In this document: piece by piece, positions 16,526 to 25,801 of the stretch
How positions within the stretch are numbered: the stretch's first letter is position 1
Layout of the letters: every line of letters begins with the position of its first letter
Source of the DNA: Myxococcales bacterium
GTDB taxonomy: Bacteria > Myxococcota_A > UBA9042 > JABWCM01 > BTVJ01
Direction: 5' to 3'
DNA length: 46,626 bases
NCBI GenBank assembly: GCA_045863395.1
Contig: BTVJ01000058.1
Span: 1-46,626 of the forward strand
Program-made: the position numbers and the translations under genes
Notes under the pieces: generated by a model
Told to the model about the DNA's origin: nothing
Seen by the model: the letters and a program-made list of their open reading frames with translations, nothing else
Databases searched by the model: none

Positions 16526-18102
16526 ACGAGGTCGCGCTGACGGCGCGGCTCCGGCGTCGCCTGGGATCACTGTGGCAGCCGCTCTTCGGGCGCTTCGGGC
16601 GCCTGACTCCCATCCAGCTCGCGCTGATGCCCGCGCTGCTCTCCGGGCGCGACGCGCTGGCCTGCGCGCCCACGGCCAGCGGCAAGACCGAGGCGGCCGT
16701 CGCCCCGGTGGCGCTCCGGCTCCGGGAGGGGAGGGCCGGGGGCATCCGCGCCCTCTGGGTGGTGCCGACCCGGGCGCTGGTCAACGACCTGGACCAGCGC
16801 CTGCGCGGCCCGCTCCGGGACGCGGGGCTGACGCTTGGCGTGCGCACGGGCGACCGGCGCGAGGTGCGGGCCGGGCGCCTGGAGGACCTGGTCGTCACGA
16901 CGCCCGAGTCCCTGGACTCCATGATCTGCCGGATTCCCGACGCCTGGGGCGGTCTCCAGGCGTGCGTGCTCGACGAGGTCCACCTGCTCGACGGGACGCC
17001 CCGGGGCGACCAGCTCCGCGTGCTGCTGCAGCGCCTCCGCGTCGCTGCGTCTGGAGGTTTCCAGTCCGTGGCCCTGTCCGCGACGCTGCACGATCCAGGG
17101 GCAGTGGCCGCGCGCTACCTGGGCGGGGATGCCGCCGTCATCCAGGTGGGCGGCGCCCGCACCCTGACGCAGACCGTCGTGGGCTCGTTGGAAGAGGCGG
17201 TCGCGACCCTGCGCGCCGAGGAGCGGCACAAGGCGCTGATCTTCGGGAACACCCGCCGGGAGGTCGAGGAGGCCGCCGTCGCGCTCCGGGCTTGGTGGCC
17301 GGGCGACCGCATCGCCGTCCACCACGGCAGCCTCGCCCGCAAGGAGCGCGAGAGCGTCGAGGCTGCGATGCGGTCGTGGCGCTGGGGCCTCCTCGTGGCG
17401 ACGACGACGCTGGAGCTCGGCGTCGACATCGGGGATCTGGACGCGGTGGTGCTGCTTCGCCCCCCGTCGAGCCCTTCGTCCTACCAGCAGCGAATCGGGC
17501 GCGCCAACCGGCGGGAGGCGGTCATCCGCGTGATTGGCGTGGCCACGACGGAGGCTGAGGGCGAGGTGTTCGCGTCCCTGGCCGACCTGGCCCGTGACGG
17601 CGTGGTCGAGGCACGCGGAGATGCGCCCGACCCCTCGGTGCTCGTTCAGCAGACGCTGAGCATCGCGTATCAGCGCCGGGCGGGCGTCCCGTCCGCGGAG
17701 CTCTCGGCGCTCCTCGCGCCCATCGATCCGGGCGGTCTCTTGCCGTCGGTGCTCGCGTGGCTGGCGGACGAGGGCTGGCTACGCCGTGTGGCGGATCGCT
17801 ACGCCCCCACGGATCGCACCATGGACCTGGGGGAGCGCGGCACTTTGCACTCCAACATCCCCGACTCCCGGGAGCTGACGCTGGTGGACACGACGACCGG
17901 GCGCCCCCTCGGGCAGCTCACGACCGGGGCGACTCCCGGCTCGCGGCTCCTCTTTTCGGGGCGCGGCTGGCTGGTGCTCTCCGTGAGCGGCACGACGGCG
18001 ACGGTGGCGCCCATCCCGCGGGAACAGGCCGTGGCGTGGTTCGGCGCGCGCTCCGAGGTGGGCGCCTTCCGGTGGCTGCTGCCGCCGGAGCTGCGTCAGT
18101 AG
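16519..18102 (+). CDS. Lhr-like SF2 DEAD/DEAH helicase (BrxHI / Shango SngC-like)
   Basis: LTPIQ, APTASGKTEAA, PTRALVND, TTPESLDSM, LDEVH, SAT, HHGSL, ATTTLELGVDIGD, QRIGRANR. Confidence 0.9.
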   Translation: MVDEVALTARLRRRLGSLWQPLFGRFGRLTPIQLALMPALLSGRDALACAPTASGKTEAAVAPVALRLREGRAGGIRALWVVPTRALVNDLDQRLRGPLRDAGLTLGVRTGDRREVRAGRLEDLVVTTPESLDSMICRIPDAWGGLQACVLDEVHLLDGTPRGDQLRVLLQRLRVAASGGFQSVALSATLHDPGAVAARYLGGDAAVIQVGGARTLTQTVVGSLEEAVATLRAEERHKALIFGNTRREVEEAAVALRAWWPGDRIAVHHGSLARKERESVEAAMRSWRWGLLVATTTLELGVDIGDLDAVVLLRPPSSPSSYQQRIGRANRREAVIRVIGVATTEAEGEVFASLADLARDGVVEARGDAPDPSVLVQQTLSIAYQRRAGVPSAELSALLAPIDPGGLLPSVLAWLADEGWLRRVADRYAPTDRTMDLGERGTLHSNIPDSRELTLVDTTTGRPLGQLTTGATPGSRLLFSGRGWLVLSVSGTTATVAPIPREQAVAWFGARSEVGAFRWLLPPELRQ

Positions 18103-21100
18103 CAGTAGCCGCAGATCGAGCAGGCGTCCGAGCAGCAGTCGCCTGCGGAGACACAGATCGAGTCGCAGTAGCAGTTGCCGGCGTAGGAGTAGGAGTCGCA
18201 GTTGCCCGCGCAGCCAGTACCCGTCGACCCCATGCAGTAGCCGCAGTTGTCGCAGGCGTCGTTGCAGCAGTCGCCGAAGCCGACGCAGGCGCTGTCGCAC
18301 CAGCACCCGTCCGGTGCTTGCGAGCCGCAGTTGCCGGCGCAGCCGCCGCAGCCGCCGCCGCAGGACTTGCAGGCCGTGGCGCAGGCGGCGTCCCAGATCA
18401 CGGAGCAGCACTCGGGCTTCTGGGCGCAGACGCAGGACTCGCAGGTGCAGCCGGCGCAGGTGGGGTTCGCCCAGGCCTTGCACCCGTCGCTCTTTGGGCA
18501 CATCTCCGGGAAGGCGCAGTCGTCCGCACACGTGAAGCAGTCCTCATCGCCGTTGCACTCGCCGTCACCGCACACGGGGAAGAAGCAGTCAGTGAGGAGC
18601 TTCACGTCGTCCACGAAGATGCCCCCCCCGTCGTGCGCCCAGGCCGTGTTGTCGGCGATGGCGACGAGCTGGAGCCGCACCACCTTGCCGCCCCACTTCT
18701 TCAGGCTCACCGACTGGTTGGTCCACGCGGTGCTCGGGCTGAGGGAGCTGCTCGACCAGGCGAGCTCCTGCTTGCCGTCCACGAGCACGCGCACCTCCAG
18801 GTCGGCGTCGTTATCGGAGTCCAGCACCAGGTCGAAGGTCAGCGCGAGCGTGTAGCTCGGGGGCAGGGCCAGGAGCCCGGTGGTCAGCGAGCTCGTGGCC
18901 GGACCGAAGTTCATGTCCCCGGTCGTCGTGCTGCCGAACCAGAGCGAGCGCAGCCCTGTCTTGGCCTTGGCCGTCGTGAGCTGGAAGCCTCCAGCAGTGC
19001 TCGAGTTCACGATGGTCACGGCGCCCTCCAGCTCCTCCAGCGACTCGAAGCCGAGCGCCAGGATGGGCCCCTCCGGGCAGCAGCCCTCGTCCGCCGCCGG
19101 CCCGTGCTTGCACAGGTGGCCGAACCCGCAGGTGTCCGCCGTACAGGGGTCATCGTCGTCACACTCGGCGTCCTGCTCGCAGCAGGCCCCCGGGTTCACG
19201 CACTGGCCGACAACGCACAGGTCCTCGGTGCAGTCGTCGTCGTCGACGCAGTCCGCGTCCGCGGCGCAGCAACCTGGCACAGCCTCGTGGGTGCAGAGGC
19301 CCCCTGCCACCGGGCAGGAGTCCGTCGTGCAGGGGTCACCGTCGAAGCAGTCCAGGTCGGCCTCGCACGTCTGGAGCCCGCAGTCCTCGCCGCAGCCGAG
19401 CTGGCAGGCAGCGACGCACGTGGCGTCCCACGCGACGGAGCAACAGAGCGGGTCTTTCGCGCACACGCACTCCTCGCAGGCGCACCCGTCGCAGCCGGGC
19501 TCCGGCCGCGCCTGGCAGCCCGCGTGCTCGAAGCAGCCGCCGCAGGTGCCCTGGCACAGGGCCACGCAGTCTGCGTCCCAGGCCGTGTTGCAGCAGTAGC
19601 TGTCCTTCTGGCAGGCGCACGCCTCGCACACGCACCCGCCGCAGGTGGGCTCGGAGCCCTTGACGCACCCGCTGGAGAGAGGGCAGGTCCCGCAGTCGCC
19701 GGGGCAGGTGGCGCAGTTCTCGCCGAAGCTCGGCTCGCAGGCCGTGTTGCCGCAGTGGGCCTCGCAGACGTTTCCATAGCAGGCGGTCCCCTTGGCGCAG
19801 GTCCCGCAGGAGCCGCCGCAGCCGTTGTCGCCGCACTGCTTGCCCGCGCAGCTCGGCGTGCAGGGGCACATGCCGCAGGCCGAGCAGGCGTCCGCGCAGC
19901 AGTCGCCGAAGCTCACGCAGGACGAGTCACACCAGCAGCCGCCCGCGCTGCCGCCACAGTTGCCGACGCAGGAGCTGCCGCCACCGCCGCCGCACACGCT
20001 GAAGTAGTCCGAGCAGCAGTCGCCCCAGAGAGAGCAGGAGGAGTCGCAGTAACAACTGCCGCTCGGAGACGAGCCACCGCAGTTGCCCGCGCAGGAGTTG
20101 GCCCCGCCGCCCCCGCCACCGCAGTTGGTCCCGCACTGGCTGCACTCGTCCACGCACAAAGAGTCCCAGGCGTTGTTGCAGCAGTATGGGTCCATGCCGC
20201 AGACGCAGGACTCGCAGGCGCAGCCGCCGCACCCGGGGCTGTTGCTCTGGGTGCAGCCCCCGTCGGGTGGGGTGATCACGGGCCCGCAGTCCATGCCGCA
20301 GTCACCCTTGCACAGGCCGACGCAGGACTCGTCCCAGTGGACGTTGCAGCAGAACGGGTCGAGGGCGCAGACGCAGCCCTCGCAGGAGCAGCCGCCGCAG
20401 CCGGGCTCTTCCGTCGGCTTGCACCCCGACGTGCACACCACCTTGCCGCCCTTGCACTGGCCACCCTGGCAGGTCTCGCCCTCGGTGCACCCGTTCTTGT
20501 CGTTGCACGGGTCGCCCTCCGAGAGTGTGACGGTCTTGCAGAGGCCCGTGTCGGGGACGCACTGGGTCACGTCGCAGCCCGTGTCCTTGGACGTGTCGCA
20601 CTTGGGGATGGTCGCCGGGTCTGGCTTGCAGTAGCCGCCCAGGCACCGGGTGATGCCGTCGCACAGGTTGCCGTCCTCGTAGGGGGCGCAGTCCGCGTCT
20701 GTCTCGCAGGTCGGGCAGGCCGGCTCACCCGCCTTGCACTCGCCGTCCTCGCAGAAGTCGCTGGCCGTGCACACGTCGCCGTCCTCGCAGAGTCCTGACT
20801 TGGGGAGGTACGTGCAGCCGGTCTTGGCGTCGCAGCCGTCCGCCGTGCAGGGGTTGCCGTCGTCGCAGGTCTTGGGCTTGCCCGCGCACACGCCACCCGC
20901 GCAGGTGTCCCCCGCCGTGCAGGGGTTGTCGTCGTCGCACGCCGCCTTGTTGGGCGAGGAGACGCAGCCGGAGACCGGGTTGCAGGCGTCGTCGGTGCAG
21001 GGGTTGTCGTCCTCGCAGGTCTTCGCGGCGCCAGCGGTGCAGGCGCCCTCCTGGCACGTATCGCCCACGGTGCACTGGTTGCCGTCGTCGCACGGGCTGC

Positions 21101-21434
21101 CGTTGTCCGCCGCCACCGCGGCGCAGGCGCTCGTCTCCGACAGGCAGGCCGCCTTGGTGCAGGGCGCGAGCTCGCCGAGGATCGCCACGCAGTCCGCGTC
21201 TGCCTTGCAGGGGGTCCCGGCGTCCGGTGCAGGCCCGGTGTCCGGGGTGCCCGTGTCCGGCTCGCCCACGTCGGGGGCCCCCATGTCCGGTTCGCCCACG
21301 TCCTCGATGAGTTGGACGTCGTCGGCTGCCCCCGTGTCCTGCGCGCCGGCCGCACTGCCGGCCTCGTCAGGGCACGCGGTCAGCGTGGTTGCCAGCAGCG
21401 CGGCCAGAGCGGTCGACAAAAGGCGCATGGACAT
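18096..21434 (-). CDS. Large cysteine-rich lipoprotein (CDDGNPCT-type repeats, somatomedin-B-like repeats, other Cys repeats, one beta-sandwich domain)
   Basis: ATG 21434 after GGAGG; lipobox TLTAC; repeated CDDxNPCTxDxC; CxGNCGG..CxCDSxCxxxGDCCxD four times; PxCxGCxCExCVC..CC..WDxxC five times. Confidence 0.85.
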   Translation of the reverse strand: MSMRLLSTALAALLATTLTACPDEAGSAAGAQDTGAADDVQLIEDVGEPDMGAPDVGEPDTGTPDTGPAPDAGTPCKADADCVAILGELAPCTKAACLSETSACAAVAADNGSPCDDGNQCTVGDTCQEGACTAGAAKTCEDDNPCTDDACNPVSGCVSSPNKAACDDDNPCTAGDTCAGGVCAGKPKTCDDGNPCTADGCDAKTGCTYLPKSGLCEDGDVCTASDFCEDGECKAGEPACPTCETDADCAPYEDGNLCDGITRCLGGYCKPDPATIPKCDTSKDTGCDVTQCVPDTGLCKTVTLSEGDPCNDKNGCTEGETCQGGQCKGGKVVCTSGCKPTEEPGCGGCSCEGCVCALDPFCCNVHWDESCVGLCKGDCGMDCGPVITPPDGGCTQSNSPGCGGCACESCVCGMDPYCCNNAWDSLCVDECSQCGTNCGGGGGGANSCAGNCGGSSPSGSCYCDSSCSLWGDCCSDYFSVCGGGGGSSCVGNCGGSAGGCWCDSSCVSFGDCCADACSACGMCPCTPSCAGKQCGDNGCGGSCGTCAKGTACYGNVCEAHCGNTACEPSFGENCATCPGDCGTCPLSSGCVKGSEPTCGGCVCEACACQKDSYCCNTAWDADCVALCQGTCGGCFEHAGCQARPEPGCDGCACEECVCAKDPLCCSVAWDATCVAACQLGCGEDCGLQTCEADLDCFDGDPCTTDSCPVAGGLCTHEAVPGCCAADADCVDDDDCTEDLCVVGQCVNPGACCEQDAECDDDDPCTADTCGFGHLCKHGPAADEGCCPEGPILALGFESLEELEGAVTIVNSSTAGGFQLTTAKAKTGLRSLWFGSTTTGDMNFGPATSSLTTGLLALPPSYTLALTFDLVLDSDNDADLEVRVLVDGKQELAWSSSSLSPSTAWTNQSVSLKKWGGKVVRLQLVAIADNTAWAHDGGGIFVDDVKLLTDCFFPVCGDGECNGDEDCFTCADDCAFPEMCPKSDGCKAWANPTCAGCTCESCVCAQKPECCSVIWDAACATACKSCGGGCGGCAGNCGSQAPDGCWCDSACVGFGDCCNDACDNCGYCMGSTGTGCAGNCDSYSYAGNCYCDSICVSAGDCCSDACSICGYCY

Positions 21435-21558
21435 GGGGAAGCCTCCAAAGCGGGCAGCGGGAGTGCGGACCAACCTAGCATCGGCCGGCTGTCGCATCAA
21501 GCGGGCCCCGCGCGGTGGCGGGCGGAAGATCGCGGCGGGGACTGGGGGGCTCGATCGC

Positions 21559-22365
21559 TCAGAGGGCGGCGACGCGCGTCCAGGCGCGGTGCTCCTCGGC
21601 CAGGGGCAGGGCGCGCGACGCCGCGAGCACCACCTCGGCGTAGGCCGCCGTCTCGGGGGTGTCCACGTCCTGCCAGAAGTCGTCGCGGCCGATGGGGTGG
21701 ACCAGGGCGAGGTCAGCGCGGCCAAGGCGCCTCATTCCGTCCGACAGGGAGCAGTCTCCGCGGGCGGCCCGCTCGGCGGCCAGGGCGTCGAACAGCCCGC
21801 CCGTGCACGAGAACAGCCCCGTGTCGATGCAGTCGTAGGTGGTCAGGTCCTTGCCGATGGCCGCGATGCGGTGGCCGTCGGTGCACACCTTGGTCGCGTC
21901 GTCCATGTCGAAGATGGAGCCCAGGTCCGGGTCCACGGCCAGCACGACGCCGCCCTCGGGGGGGCTGACGCGGGCCATGGCGTGGACCATGCCCGGCGAC
22001 AGCACGTGATCCGACATGGTCAGCAGGAAGGGACCCTTGACATGGGGCGCGGCGCACAGAACGGAGACGCCGTTGGACAGGTTCCACTCCACATTGTGGA
22101 TGAAGTCTACTCCAACGCTCAGCCCCTCGAAGCGCCGGGTAGCGGCGACGATCTCGTCGGCCCGGTAGCCGACGACCACGTGCACGCGCTCGATGCCAGC
22201 CTCCTCCAGGACGGAGAGGGTCCGGTGAAGCAGGGGCCGCCCTCCGACCGTTCTCAGTGGCTTGGGGATCTCGTGGCCGTTGAGGCGGGAGCCGAGGCCC
22301 GCCGCGAGGATCACCGCCTCGCGCGCGACGGGTCTGGACGGGACGGCGTAGAGCTTGGTGGGCAT
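21559..22365 (-). CDS. Nucleotidyltransferase, closest in motif pattern to inositol-1-phosphate cytidylyltransferase (IPCT) / LicC-like CTP transferases
   Basis: AVILAAGLGSRL, PKPL, NGVSV, FLLTMSDH, DATKV, IGKDLTTYDCIDTGLF, WQDVDTPE. Confidence 0.8.
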   Translation of the reverse strand: MPTKLYAVPSRPVAREAVILAAGLGSRLNGHEIPKPLRTVGGRPLLHRTLSVLEEAGIERVHVVVGYRADEIVAATRRFEGLSVGVDFIHNVEWNLSNGVSVLCAAPHVKGPFLLTMSDHVLSPGMVHAMARVSPPEGGVVLAVDPDLGSIFDMDDATKVCTDGHRIAAIGKDLTTYDCIDTGLFSCTGGLFDALAAERAARGDCSLSDGMRRLGRADLALVHPIGRDDFWQDVDTPETAAYAEVVLAASRALPLAEEHRAWTRVAAL

Positions 22366-22453
22366 CGGATGGCTCCGCGTGACTCGACTGCTGGTCCGGA
22401 GGACCTCCCAGGGTCGCTCCGGGGGCCGCATTGTGCGCGGCGGACTGCCCGTG

Positions 22454-22470
22454 GGCAAGATTCGTTCCAG
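22454..22470 (-). promoter_or_regulatory. Putative sigma54 (-24/-12) promoter for the nucleotidyltransferase
   Basis: Minus strand CTGGAACGAATCTTGCC = GG-N10-GC, close to the TGGCACG-N4-TTGC consensus. Confidence 0.5.
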
Positions 22471-22620
22471 CACACTCCGAGGAGAGGGCAGCGCGCGGTG
22501 CCCCAGGCTCCACGCGCTCGGGTGCCCCCCTTGGGCCGCGACGGGCCCCGACGACCGGTGGAGGAGCGTTGCTCCAATGCCCCCCTGGCATTTCGTCGGC
22601 GGATGGGCGAAGCTCGGCGC

Positions 22621-23823
22621 ATGGCCAGGACGCTCACCCTCATCGTCATCCTCCTCTCCGCGTGTCGATCCAGCGATCCCGCTCCCGCCGCACCGGCGCA
22701 AGCGCCCGCGGCCGCCCCCGCGCCCCGGGCGACGCCACTCGTGGCCCCGCTCGACGACCGGGGCATGCTGGAGGCGCGCCCCGCCCGCCGCAAGGAGTCC
22801 ACCCGCTACGGCGCCATGACCCAGGACAACCTGTTTCTGGTGGCGCGCTGCGGGGACGCGGTCCGGGCGCCGGTCATGGTCGGCGTCCTCGATCTGCCCT
22901 ACGACAACCCCAAGGGCTTCATCGCCGTGGCGGAGGTCGCCGCCGAGCAGGCGCTGGGGCGAGAGGCTCCCCCCGAGGGCTGCGCCTGGAGGGAGGCGAG
23001 CTACTGGGCGCGCGACGAGCCCGCCCGGGGCGACTGGGTGGTGCGCTACCCCGCGACGCCCGGTCTCGGCACGCAGGTCTTCTGGGTCCCCGACGAGGGG
23101 GCGCCGGTCTTGCGGGAGGCCACGTCCATGCCGACGTCCGCCTACGTCTCGCGCCTGCTGCGGGTGGCCGCCTACCAGGCGGACGTGGCGGAGGACCCCG
23201 ACAAGGCCCTCGATCTGATCGAGGCGGCGCGGGCCCTGGATCCGCGGAGCAGCGACGCAGCAGAGCTGGAGGGGGAGCTGCTGGCGGCCCATCGTCCGGC
23301 GGACGCGGTCCGGCGCATGGACGCCTTCATCGCGGAGCACGGGTCGAGCCTCAACCTGGACGCGACGCTGGCGACCGCGCTCTTGGAGGTGGGCACCGAG
23401 GAGGCCGTGGCGCGGGGCGAGGGGCTCATCGCGGCCGTTCTCGAGAAGGACCAGGGGAACCTGAAGGCCCTCGCCCTGCGAGGTGAGCGGCTGCGCGCCA
23501 AGGGCGACGTGGCTGGCGCCATCGCCGCCTACGAGCAGGCCATCGCCAACCACCCGCTGGACCCGTCGCCCCGCTACAACCTGGCGACCCTGCTCGTGGC
23601 CGCCCAGCGCCCGGACCAGGCCCTGGAGCACCTTGGGGCGTACCTGGACGCCTTCCCGGAGGATCCGGACGCCCTCTTCGTGCGGGCCGGGCTGCTGGCG
23701 GATCGCGGCGATCTGTCGGGTGCTGCAAAGGATCTCGCGGTGTTGCAGCGGGTTGCCCCCGACGACCCGCAAGTCCGAGCCTTGGCGGTGCGCATGGAGG
23801 CGCTGCGCGCGCCGGAACCCTGA
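22621..23823 (+). CDS. TPR-repeat lipoprotein
   Basis: MARTLTLIVILLSAC lipobox; Pro/Ala linker; C-terminal TPRs (AIAAYEQAIANHP, YNLATLL, ALFVRAGLL). Confidence 0.8.
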   Translation: MARTLTLIVILLSACRSSDPAPAAPAQAPAAAPAPRATPLVAPLDDRGMLEARPARRKESTRYGAMTQDNLFLVARCGDAVRAPVMVGVLDLPYDNPKGFIAVAEVAAEQALGREAPPEGCAWREASYWARDEPARGDWVVRYPATPGLGTQVFWVPDEGAPVLREATSMPTSAYVSRLLRVAAYQADVAEDPDKALDLIEAARALDPRSSDAAELEGELLAAHRPADAVRRMDAFIAEHGSSLNLDATLATALLEVGTEEAVARGEGLIAAVLEKDQGNLKALALRGERLRAKGDVAGAIAAYEQAIANHPLDPSPRYNLATLLVAAQRPDQALEHLGAYLDAFPEDPDALFVRAGLLADRGDLSGAAKDLAVLQRVAPDDPQVRALAVRMEALRAPEP

Positions 23824-23955
23824 CATGCGTGTCGTCGCTGCATCGCGGCATGACACCGGTGTCGCGATGGGAAGCGCGCGGCTGGCGCCGTGAGGGCGCA
23901 TTGCGTTGGAATCACAGCCACACTCCGCCGCAGCCGTCCGGGCACAGCCGTTGCA
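23821..23955 (+). promoter_or_regulatory. Putative sigma54 promoter with two upstream palindromic activator sites
   Basis: GGCACAGCCGTTGCA at 23941-23955 (GG-N10-GC); TGACA-N4-TGTCG at 23821 and 23851. Confidence 0.55.
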
Positions 23956-23992
23956 GCCGGGCGCCCGGCGACGGAAGACGAGGAGTGAGGTC

Positions 23993-25801
23993 ATGGAAGC
24001 GGAACATCGGCGCCGGCCCTGGCAGGCGCTGACCCATCCGGGCTGGCTGGTTGCGCTGGCCGCTCTCGTGCTCAACGATCATCTCTTCAAGGGCGCCGGG
24101 ATCCTCCCCGGCTGGCTGACCGGCAAGCTGAGCGATCTGGCGGGCCTCGTGGTGGCCCCTGCGCTGGTCGCCGTGCTGCTCGGCGCGCGGACGCGGCGCG
24201 GCCTCGCCCTGGCGCACGCCGCCGTGGGCCTGGTCTTCGCGGCGATCAACGTCTCCCCGGTCGCGGCGGGGGCCTTGGAGTCCCTGACCGCGCTGGGTCC
24301 GCTGCCCTGGCACATCGTCGTCGACCCCACGGACCTCATCGCGTTGCCGGCCCTCGCCCTGTCCTGGATGATCCTCGACGGTTGGCGTCCAATCGCCAGC
24401 GTCCTTCTCTCTCGTGCGGCCTTTGGCGCTGGCGTCCTCGCCTGCATGGCCACGTCGCCCCCGGATCCAGGCCCGGACAACTACACCTTCCGCATGGACA
24501 TGACCGCCAACATCGCCATCGCCAACCGGAGCGGGCACGAGGTCCTCGTGCGCGTCCGGTCCCTGCGCCAGACCATGGTCCTCGACTGCGCGGCCGTCGC
24601 TGCGGACCCGGTGGGCACCCTCTCGCGGGAGGCCTTCGGGCCGGCGGTCACCTGGGCTTTGGCGGATGACCAGGCCTTCTCGCTCACCGACGACTTCGTG
24701 TGGGGGTACGGCACGTGGCGGGAGTGCGCGGCCTGGATCATCGACGGGCCCGGGCTGCCGGAGCGCCTCGTGTGGATCCTGACCAGCGAGTACCCGGAGA
24801 CCAGCCTCCCCTCCACGGCGTCGACTGCGTCCGCCGTCCGCACCATCTTCGTGGACACGGCGGGCGATGGCCTCGAGTTCTCTGCTCACCCGGCCCTCTC
24901 CGAGGCCCCTGAGCAGGTGCCGCCGTCGCAGCCTCCCACGTGCAGCGCCGCCGCGGAGCTGGGCGGCGTCGCCTGGAGCAAGCCGCTGCCCGCCGGCGGC
25001 GGGATCCTGCTCGACGTGCAGACCAGCCCCGACGGGTGCTCGCGCCTGGACCTCGGCTTCTCGACCGGGGGCCTCAAGGCCCGCTGGTACGTGTGCCACC
25101 CCGGCGTCGAGCTGCCCTTCGTGGTTGGTGAAGCGCTGGACGTGCGCGACGCGAAGAGCGGAGGCCCACCAGGGATCGTCGAGGCGGTCCGCGTCGCGTC
25201 CGACGCCTGGACCATGGTGCTCGGGCGGGGCACCGGGCTGCCCGTCACCCTGTCCGGCGTGACACTGGAGGTCACGCCCTCTGGCGCCTGCGGCGTCGTC
25301 TCTGGTGACTGCGGCGCGTCCATGATCGCGCACGACGTGGCGCTCGCCGATGCTGGGGAGGGGACCTCCGGGCTCGCCCCGCGGACCTTGGTGCTCCACG
25401 GGGGCGGCACCGTGCACGTGGTCAGGGCGGCCTCGGCCATCGTGGCGGACACCGCCTGCGAGGGCTCCCTCGTCGCGCCGGGCCTCACGGTGGAGACGGT
25501 CGTCTCGGTGCCCGCGGGGGACGTGGACGCCGGGTCCACCGACGGCGGCTCGGACGCCGGCTCCACGGACGGCGGCTCGGACGCCGGCTCCACGGACGGC
25601 GGGGCACACGACGGGGGCGAAGTGGAAGACGGGGCCGACGCAGGCGGCGCCGACGATGGCGCGGGCGGCGACGATGGCGCGGGCGGCGACGACGGGGGAG
25701 CGGCGGACGGTGGCGCCGATGACGGCGATGCGGCCGGAGCCGTCGACGCGGGCGAGGACGGGGGACCCAACGACACGGAGGCTGACGATGCGAACGGCTA
25801 G
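23993..25801 (+). CDS. Membrane-anchored hypothetical protein: N-terminal multi-TM domain, Cys-containing extracytoplasmic region, acidic Gly/Asp tail
   Basis: LVLNDHLFKG..GKLSDLAGL..VDPTDLIALPAL TM block; GVLACMATSPP; DAGSTDGGS repeats at the end. Confidence 0.7.
   Translation: MEAEHRRRPWQALTHPGWLVALAALVLNDHLFKGAGILPGWLTGKLSDLAGLVVAPALVAVLLGARTRRGLALAHAAVGLVFAAINVSPVAAGALESLTALGPLPWHIVVDPTDLIALPALALSWMILDGWRPIASVLLSRAAFGAGVLACMATSPPDPGPDNYTFRMDMTANIAIANRSGHEVLVRVRSLRQTMVLDCAAVAADPVGTLSREAFGPAVTWALADDQAFSLTDDFVWGYGTWRECAAWIIDGPGLPERLVWILTSEYPETSLPSTASTASAVRTIFVDTAGDGLEFSAHPALSEAPEQVPPSQPPTCSAAAELGGVAWSKPLPAGGGILLDVQTSPDGCSRLDLGFSTGGLKARWYVCHPGVELPFVVGEALDVRDAKSGGPPGIVEAVRVASDAWTMVLGRGTGLPVTLSGVTLEVTPSGACGVVSGDCGASMIAHDVALADAGEGTSGLAPRTLVLHGGGTVHVVRAASAIVADTACEGSLVAPGLTVETVVSVPAGDVDAGSTDGGSDAGSTDGGSDAGSTDGGAHDGGEVEDGADAGGADDGAGGDDGAGGDDGGAADGGADDGDAAGAVDAGEDGGPNDTEADDANG
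25526..25603 (+). repeat. 27-nt tandem repeat, about 3 copies (DAGSTDGGS), in a low-complexity linker
   Basis: gacgccggstccacsgacggcggctcg repeated. Confidence 0.8.

Noticed and set aside
11033..18102. tRNA-anchored genomic island carrying the nuclease and ATPase operon
   Set aside because: No integrase, no duplicated tRNA 3' end and no visible composition shift; the genes lie upstream of the tRNA, not at its 3' end.
13908..18102. Calling the operon canonical BREX type 2 or Shango
   Set aside because: No pglW/pglX/pglY/pglZ and no TerB-domain gene in the window, and two ATPases rather than one.
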